This document shows positions 57,542 through 64,000 of a stretch of DNA of 64,000 nucleotides, in pieces; position 1 is the first letter of the stretch, and each line of letters starts with the position of its first letter. The notes below the pieces were generated by a model. That model did no database searches, was not told where the DNA came from, and worked only from the letters and a program-made list of their open reading frames with translations. The stretch spans positions 5,837,183 through 5,901,182 of the forward strand of contig CM119269.1 in assembly GCA_051294375.1 (NCBI GenBank), in the 5' to 3' direction. Made by a program: the position numbers and the translations under genes. The DNA is from Paraspadella gotoi. Lineage: Eukaryota; Animalia; Chaetognatha.

Positions 57542-59186
57542 CATAATAAGACACACCAAGATTGTTTTTGTTGTAGAGAAATTCCGTGTCGCCCCTTCTG
57601 TTGACCTGAAGAAAAGTAATAATAATAATAATTTTTAAAAAAAGGAAGAAAATTTCTTTTTTTTTAAATTGTCATTGTCAATTCCCATTTTCCTCTCTTT
57701 CAAAAACGTAACTGCTTTTCCCAGCACATCTCAAACCACCACCCTAGTTTCCACTCACCACCCTGATTCCGTTGGAAGTGATGTAACGCGACGCGGCGCC
57801 ACCGTCGTAACCTTCCATGACATTGGCGGGAATTTGGCGGGGATCTTGTCTGACGTTCGAAAAAAAAAGGGGACACGGACCAGTGAAAAAGTAAACAAAC
57901 GAAAAAAATTAACGAGCGTACGACTAGAAAAATAATTTTACGGGTAAAAACTACTGAGTATGCAAACAAAAGAAAAATATAGATTATAACAAACAAACGT
58001 ATTAAATTGCTCCTTCCTCACTTGTAATATTCGGTGGCGATTCTCCCCAACGCATCGATCTGCTGCTTGATCAGCGGCCGCTGACGACGCGGATGCAGCT
58101 TCCGCTCTCCGCCGCCGCCGTCAAGGGAGCCGCCGCTGCCGCTACCGCTCAACTCCCTCGATCCACGCTTGCCCTGTGGAGCGTTGGCGTTGGCATTGAC
58201 GTTAGCGTCGCCGTCCCACGCTCTTCCTCGATGACGGTAAGGCGCCTGAACGCCGGCTGCGTTTTGAATCAGCGGCGGCGGCGCCACGAAATGGTATCGA
58301 GGATTCAGCCTATACGCGGCGTCGTTGTTGTTGTTGACGTTCGCGCCGCCCCCGGCGTCGTAGTTATATCCGGCGACGATGTTGTTGTTGTTGGCGTTGA
58401 CTTCGCGGTGCCTCGACGAACGACGACGACGAGCGACGCCGGGAGAGGGGATTCTCGGCGGCGCTCTCGGCGCCGATCTATTGCCGGGACGAGGAAGACG
58501 GCGCCGACAAGATTCGACTGATGAGGAGTAGTCCGACGAACGCTGGCCGGAAGGGCGCCGGATTATCGGTCGCCCGTGATTCTCGCGAGATGAACTTCTT
58601 CGTCCAGATGGACGTCGCGGGCTCGTTCCTCTTCCTCCTCCTCCTCCTCCACCCGGCGTCCTCCGAAGCGAGCGGCGTCGCGGGCCTTTCCGAGCGGCGC
58701 TCTTCGATCGCGCCGCTCGAGATTGACCGAGGGTCCGGACGACGCGCGGTCTCGACGGACGCCGCATCGAGGACGGCTGCGCGAGCCGTCTCGGTCGAGA
58801 AAGCGCCCTTCGTGGAGCAGGACCATTTTGGCGGGAAACGAAAGGGCGCGGCGATCGCGGGACAAGCGCCGGATGCTGAGGACGCGGCGTCGACCGCAGC
58901 GGACGCGGCGTCGACCGCAGCGGACGCGGCGAGCGAGATGACCTCGAGGGGGAGCGGACTAACGACGCTGAAGGAGATCTCGACGATCGATTCCAACCTC
59001 GTCGCCCTGGAGACGGCGACCTCGTTGAGCGTGGAGATCGCGGCGAACGCGGCCGTCGTGCTGCGACAGGACGCGCGACGATCGAATTGGCGTTCGATCC
59101 ACGAAGACGTCGACGTCGCAAAGACGACGATGACGAAGACCGCGACGAGGGCGACGTTCTCGACGCGCTTGTCCGCTTGGGTCGAG
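57225..59186 (-). CDS. Internal exons of an Arg/Ser/Pro-rich basic protein of unknown family
   Basis: Exons 59186-58022 (RSPRSPRS.., AA|GTGAG), 57849-57759 (QDPRQIPANVMEGYDGGAASRYITSNGIRV), 57605-57557 (VNRRGDTEFLYNKNNL), 57420-57417, 57282-57225 are phase-compatible. May continue into the 48026-56520 gene. Confidence 0.6.
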
Positions 59187-60357
59187 CTTTAAAGAGATGT
59201 TTCGTGTTGAAGATTAAATGTCAAATTTGTTTGTTTTATGGTGTTTAGTCCACCATAATCTCGTTTGCAAAGTAAATTTAGTAAACTATTAGATACATTC
59301 TTTTTATTTGCTGATATGAAGTTGACGAGTAATTTTGGATTAAACATTAATAGTAATTAAAAACGCAATAATAACACACAATGACACATACAAACAGAAG
59401 TGCTTTGTGAAAATTGTAAAATCAGAAAAAATTTATAGGGTGGTAAGGAAGATTGGTAAAAAAAGTAGTGCTCCTTGTACAGGCGGGGAATGCCCATGAG
59501 GCCATGAGGCCATGAGGCCCTGACACAATTGACACATTGTCACAGGACATCTAACTGGTTGGCCTTAGGGGCTTTGGACTTTCACTGGTCGCCGCGCCTC
59601 TATTTCACTGACGCATTAATACTAGAACCATCACGCTTTGCTAACTTTGAAGCTACATTTGTGACAAAACATTTTTAATGAGATGACGTCAAGAAAAATT
59701 ATTGACACAAACAAATTTACTCCTGAATTAACAAAACTAATGTAATCAAGGAAAAATTAAAAAACAGACATGGGAAATCAAAGAAAGTCGTAAAATTCTT
59801 GTCAATAAATTTAATAAATAAATAAATTTAATTTAATGAATTCAATTATTTTCTTCTTCTACAGTATAATTATTGATTCTGTATTGTTGATTTCTCAGAT
59901 TTTTTAGAAATTTTAAAAAAATGTTCGTTTCTGAAACATAATATTGCATGTACGTACACTCATGCATTGCATATACTACAACTTTATATTTCATGATTTT
60001 TTTCACATCAAAACAATAAGGACCAATTCGATACATTTCCTTTTAGCTAATTGTTAAACCTGTTAGCTCTTCACGATTGTGCCCTTTATTTCGTCTTTCT
60101 GCATCGTAACAGTCAAAAAAAATTCGAAGGAAAAGTAAGGAAGAGAATTGGAGAAATAAAGCGGGTAGACTGACAATTTTACTGAAATAAAAATACATTG
60201 TGATACACACTTTATAACTTTCGGTTATATAAGGACGGTTTGATGGTCACTAATCAACTTAAATTGGACCTAACAAAGTCTGATTGAAAACTTGAAAAGC
60301 TCTTTGAAAGTTAACAGATTATATAATATTTCTTCCGATGCCATTGGACCACTGATG

Positions 60358-62556
60358 CTAAAGGTGCAGAAGTAAAATAGTCGTTGGAATAATCAAGCAA
60401 ATTAAACAAGGTAAATTGCCGAAATCAGTTACCTCATAATCGATCAGCTCAGAAAACCGAAGCATTGATGGAAATATTAATTTAGCGTAGACGCGCAAGA
60501 ATCTCTTGCAAGAAATTATCTCACGTTTAGGTATGTCAGTGTTACCACAGCATCGCAGAGAAGTGACAAAAGGTTTCAAGACGCTTTTAGTAACGTATTT
60601 GAAATTTTCCTTCCTCAATTTAGCGCCTCGATTCGATAGAAAAACGTAAATGCCCGAAAAAATCGCCGTCGAAATAAAAATCCAGGATAATTTTCGACGA
60701 GACTCGGCGAATCCGTTTCTTCCTTTGATGACAAACAACGCGTTGAAAATGGGGAGAAACGAGAGACAAAAGTAAAAGAAAAAGTTTTGATTGAAAACGA
60801 AGTGACCGAGAAATTCCGTGATCTTTTTCGTATTTGGAAATATTGTCTTTGGTCCATCGTAGGATCCGTTCAAGCCGCAACCGTTGGCGACGAGATTTCT
60901 CAACCTTCGCCTCGTCGCCCGACCTCTGATGGCGGAATAAACCGTCGGGGGAATCAGCGTGGACGAAAGGGCAATCGTCGTTGCGGCGAAACTTCGAACG
61001 CGCGGTCTCATTCGCGACAAGAGGCGTTGCTGAATCGTTAGAACAACGAAGGTCAAACCCAGGGGGAAAAAATTCGCCGTCAAAATAAATTCGTGGTAAA
61101 TCTTCAGTGAATTCAAACTCGGGACTGAGGAGAGAAGAAAAACAGATTCCAGTGCTAGTATAAATTGGAAGAGTCTTTTCATCGTTATTAAAGTGGCGAT
61201 CGAAGAGATTAGACCCAAGGCGACTTCCAAAGACAAAAGGGTGAAGATTGTTTCGTCACTGACGTAAAAAATGGCTGAATTTCCAAGAATTAAAATGTAT
61301 CTCTGACGAGTTACAAAAGTAGTTTTATTGAAATTGTATGGCGCAGAGTCATAATGAGCTCTGAGCAAGTTCGCCCAAGCATTTTTGCTTAGAATATTTT
61401 CGTTTACTTTTAGTACTACTCCGTCATAGAAAACCGAACCGTCTAAAGTTAAATGCGATAATATTTTGGTGCTCGGATTACTTAAGCCAAATTTTCGTTC
61501 CGTGCGGTATTGCAACTGCATCATATTTTGATGTTGGCGGCTCATTAAATTGAGAGCTACTATTAGAGTATTGCAAAAACAGGGTAAAAATATTTCCATC
61601 GCGTCCTCTCTTAACTTTATTTGATTATATTTTTTAATTTTACTTAATTTTAAGTTACGACGTATGGAATTGAAACAAAATCGCAGATCAGCGGGCGTAA
61701 AAACTCTAAATATCAAAAACGGAGCCAAAAGAAGGAAACAATACGAGGATCCGAAGCCCGCGTCGTAGATGAAATACATTCCGAGAAAAAGTCCGATCGT
61801 TCCCTGGATGGCGCCAAGAACGTACCCCGCCTTGGTCAGCGCGCCGCTTTCGCCACCTTGCGTTCGAATCTTTGCCGCGGTGGACGCGACGGAAATCGTA
61901 GAAAAAAAGGCGGAAACGAGAGTGAAGTGCTTCCTGAATCTCCAAAGACAAACGAAACTGTAGCCAAAGGCGAATAAGTCCATCCGGCGGCAGACGCAAG
62001 GAATGCGTTCGACCGGAGCCATTCCCGCGCCATTCCTTTCGAAGACGGAACCTCGAAGGGATTTGGCGTAAGGGTTGGCGAAGATCGGACGAGGGACGCA
62101 CTGCTCGTCGTTATCGTAGGTCATCGAATAGAAAGAAACGGCGGTTTGCAGCAACATTTGAAAATAGGATTCGAGCAAAACGTGGATCGTGTTCATCGCG
62201 AAAAGAAAGTCCGTTTTAAAAGCGAACGCCTGATGTTTGACGGCGTGAGGATCCAGGTCGAATGATAAGGGGACGGTCCCAAGACCAGAAGCCAAACAAG
62301 CTATCGTCGACAACTTTCGCGGGAAACTCGACCAGAGACGAGGAAAATCAATTCCGCGTCTCGCGAGCACGATGGAGCCGTAGATCATGGACGCAACGTT
62401 GTGGACTAGAAAAATGAGCAGAAACGCCAGACCAAAGTAAAATTGGGCGGCGTTGGGTGACGTCAAGTGGTCGACGATCGTTTTGACGTCCGTTACGACG
62501 TCGGCCACGACCAAAGTCGTCGTGGCAATGAGCTCGACCCTCGTCCAGTATGGCAT
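60358..62556 (-). CDS. XK-related (Xkr family) multi-pass membrane protein, intronless, 732 aa
   Basis: Long ATG-initiated ORF; XK-like motifs LVVADVVTDV (DxxTD in TM1), LLESYFQMLLQ (ESxxQxxLQ), SAFFSTIS; many hydrophobic segments. Confidence 0.75.
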   Translation of the reverse strand: MPYWTRVELIATTTLVVADVVTDVKTIVDHLTSPNAAQFYFGLAFLLIFLVHNVASMIYGSIVLARRGIDFPRLWSSFPRKLSTIACLASGLGTVPLSFDLDPHAVKHQAFAFKTDFLFAMNTIHVLLESYFQMLLQTAVSFYSMTYDNDEQCVPRPIFANPYAKSLRGSVFERNGAGMAPVERIPCVCRRMDLFAFGYSFVCLWRFRKHFTLVSAFFSTISVASTAAKIRTQGGESGALTKAGYVLGAIQGTIGLFLGMYFIYDAGFGSSYCFLLLAPFLIFRVFTPADLRFCFNSIRRNLKLSKIKKYNQIKLREDAMEIFLPCFCNTLIVALNLMSRQHQNMMQLQYRTERKFGLSNPSTKILSHLTLDGSVFYDGVVLKVNENILSKNAWANLLRAHYDSAPYNFNKTTFVTRQRYILILGNSAIFYVSDETIFTLLSLEVALGLISSIATLITMKRLFQFILALESVFLLSSVPSLNSLKIYHEFILTANFFPLGLTFVVLTIQQRLLSRMRPRVRSFAATTIALSSTLIPPTVYSAIRGRATRRRLRNLVANGCGLNGSYDGPKTIFPNTKKITEFLGHFVFNQNFFFYFCLSFLPIFNALFVIKGRNGFAESRRKLSWIFISTAIFSGIYVFLSNRGAKLRKENFKYVTKSVLKPFVTSLRCCGNTDIPKREIISCKRFLRVYAKLIFPSMLRFSELIDYEVTDFGNLPCLICLIIPTTILLLHL

Positions 62557-63337
62557 GTTCGGCGAGATGTGAAACTAGGAATTTTTAAAAGTGGATTGGG
62601 AGGTGATGTAGTTTCGACGATGGACGCGCTTCGGGGGTGAGGTGACAAAACCTTTCTTTCGATGTGATTTCAATCGGCGTTTGTAACAAACTTACGTTTT
62701 TTTGTCGCTGGTGATTTGAACGTTTCTCATTTGCATTAAACCATTAGTTGAACGTTTCTCATTAGCATTAAACCATTGGTTGTGGACATAAATGTTATCA
62801 TTGCGGTTATACTTTTAAAGAAGAAAATCAAACGATGGAAATAGGAATGATATTTTGTAAATGAGTTCTTTCGCACTTTTATGGTTATCCGTATAGCAGT
62901 GTTATTTTAGTCGAGCAAATCCAATATTATTTCTTTCTACACTAATTAATAATGAAATACTAATATAACAGAATAACTGAAAAGGTCACAAAAGTAATAA
63001 TAAATGTAATTGGAAATACAATAAATAGCTAAGTCACCTAGAATGTATTCAGACTGGGTAAGAACGGAACAAATGCTTTGGCTTCGCTAACCAAAATTTC
63101 GATAAATTATTATTATTAATATTATTGTATTATTAATACTATTTAGAAACGTGAGCACACATTTTTTCACCCACACACAAAAAAATTTTAGGTCAATCGT
63201 TCGATCCACTCGTTAGTTTGAGGTACTATTTATCATAATTTGAATTTAAAGATGCTTGAAATGACCAACCGACCTAACTATAACTAAGTGAATCAAAGAG
63301 CCAGAACTCTGCAATGAAGCAGAGCCCGGCAGGATCT

Positions 63338-63860
63338 AATGTGTTGCGCCCGCAGTGACTTTCTTTTGCGTGTATTTCCGGATGATCACGTGATCACCAT
63401 GACAAGTCACACACGGGCACAGCGGCAGAGTGTGTTCCAATAGTTACACTCTGCCTCGCGAATTCCGTCTCTTTTTTTTTCTTCGTATGAAGTGGCTTAG
63501 ATTTTTAGGTTTTTTTCCGTGTCAGCAAAAATAAAAGAAGAGTAACCAAATGTAAAACGAAATGCGCCGTGGTCACGTGACTATCCAAGATGCATTTACT
63601 TATATATTACCAGTCTGCCTCGTGTTACCTATAATGACTCTGATTTCATGAATTAGGCCGCATTAAATTTCTGGTCATGATCAACTTTTTAAGCAATCAC
63701 GTGACTGCAAATTAAAGGACTCATGGTACCATACCTTCCTAGCGAATACAACTTAATTGATGCATTATCACCATATGTATTATGGGACAGATCGACGGAC
63801 AGACGTACCGACCAACCGAGCGACCGACAAGTACTCCGTAAATACTTGCGGCGCAACTAA
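63338..63860 (+). mobile_element. DINE-1/HINE-like element, longer variant
   Basis: Starts AATGTGTTGCGCCCGCAGTGAC, GACA/GACC repeats at 63786-63828, ends CTTGCGGCGCAACTAA (inverted relative to the start). Confidence 0.6.
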
Positions 63861-64000
63861 TAATACATATAGATGAACAAAAATTGTTAACGCTAAAGCA
63901 AGGAAAGAAAAGAGAAGCGATGAAGTCAGAAGTGTACTAACTACCGTATCGGTTCGTATTTTTGCCGGACGCATTCTTCTTCCGTGGTGCAGCGTAACCT

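Noticed and set aside
58093-59192. Plus-strand ORFs overlapping the RS-rich exon
   Set aside because: GC-rich antisense shadows; splice signals support the minus strand.
63780-63974. Hydrophobic 64-aa ORF at the window edge
   Set aside because: Runs through T-rich intron-like DNA into a repeat; cannot be judged without the next window.

Overview
AT-rich, microsatellite-dense (AG/CT, GAC/GAT, TAGA, AAAG) invertebrate animal genomic DNA with spliceosomal introns, short N gaps and stretches that look indel-error-rich. Genes reconstructed by hand from splice signals and frame continuity: an LRRK2-type ROCO kinase (4 exons, one of 7.5 kb), an 8-exon RDH-like short-chain dehydrogenase, a 3-exon orphan prepropeptide with a GKR amidation site (absent from the ORF track), a 7-exon SLC38A7/8-like amino-acid transporter, a probable 4-exon polytopic membrane protein with a Cys-rich loop carrying insulin-like motifs, an intronless XK-related protein, and several poorly resolved minus-strand genes (one behind a perfect RFX X-box, one with an RS-rich exon and a possible 4-nt microexon). 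Repeats: a DINE-1/HINE-like family, a tRNA-SINE-like head, minisatellites, and direct and inverted duplications at 48-57 kb that may be assembly artefacts. All gene models are manual; no database search was run.
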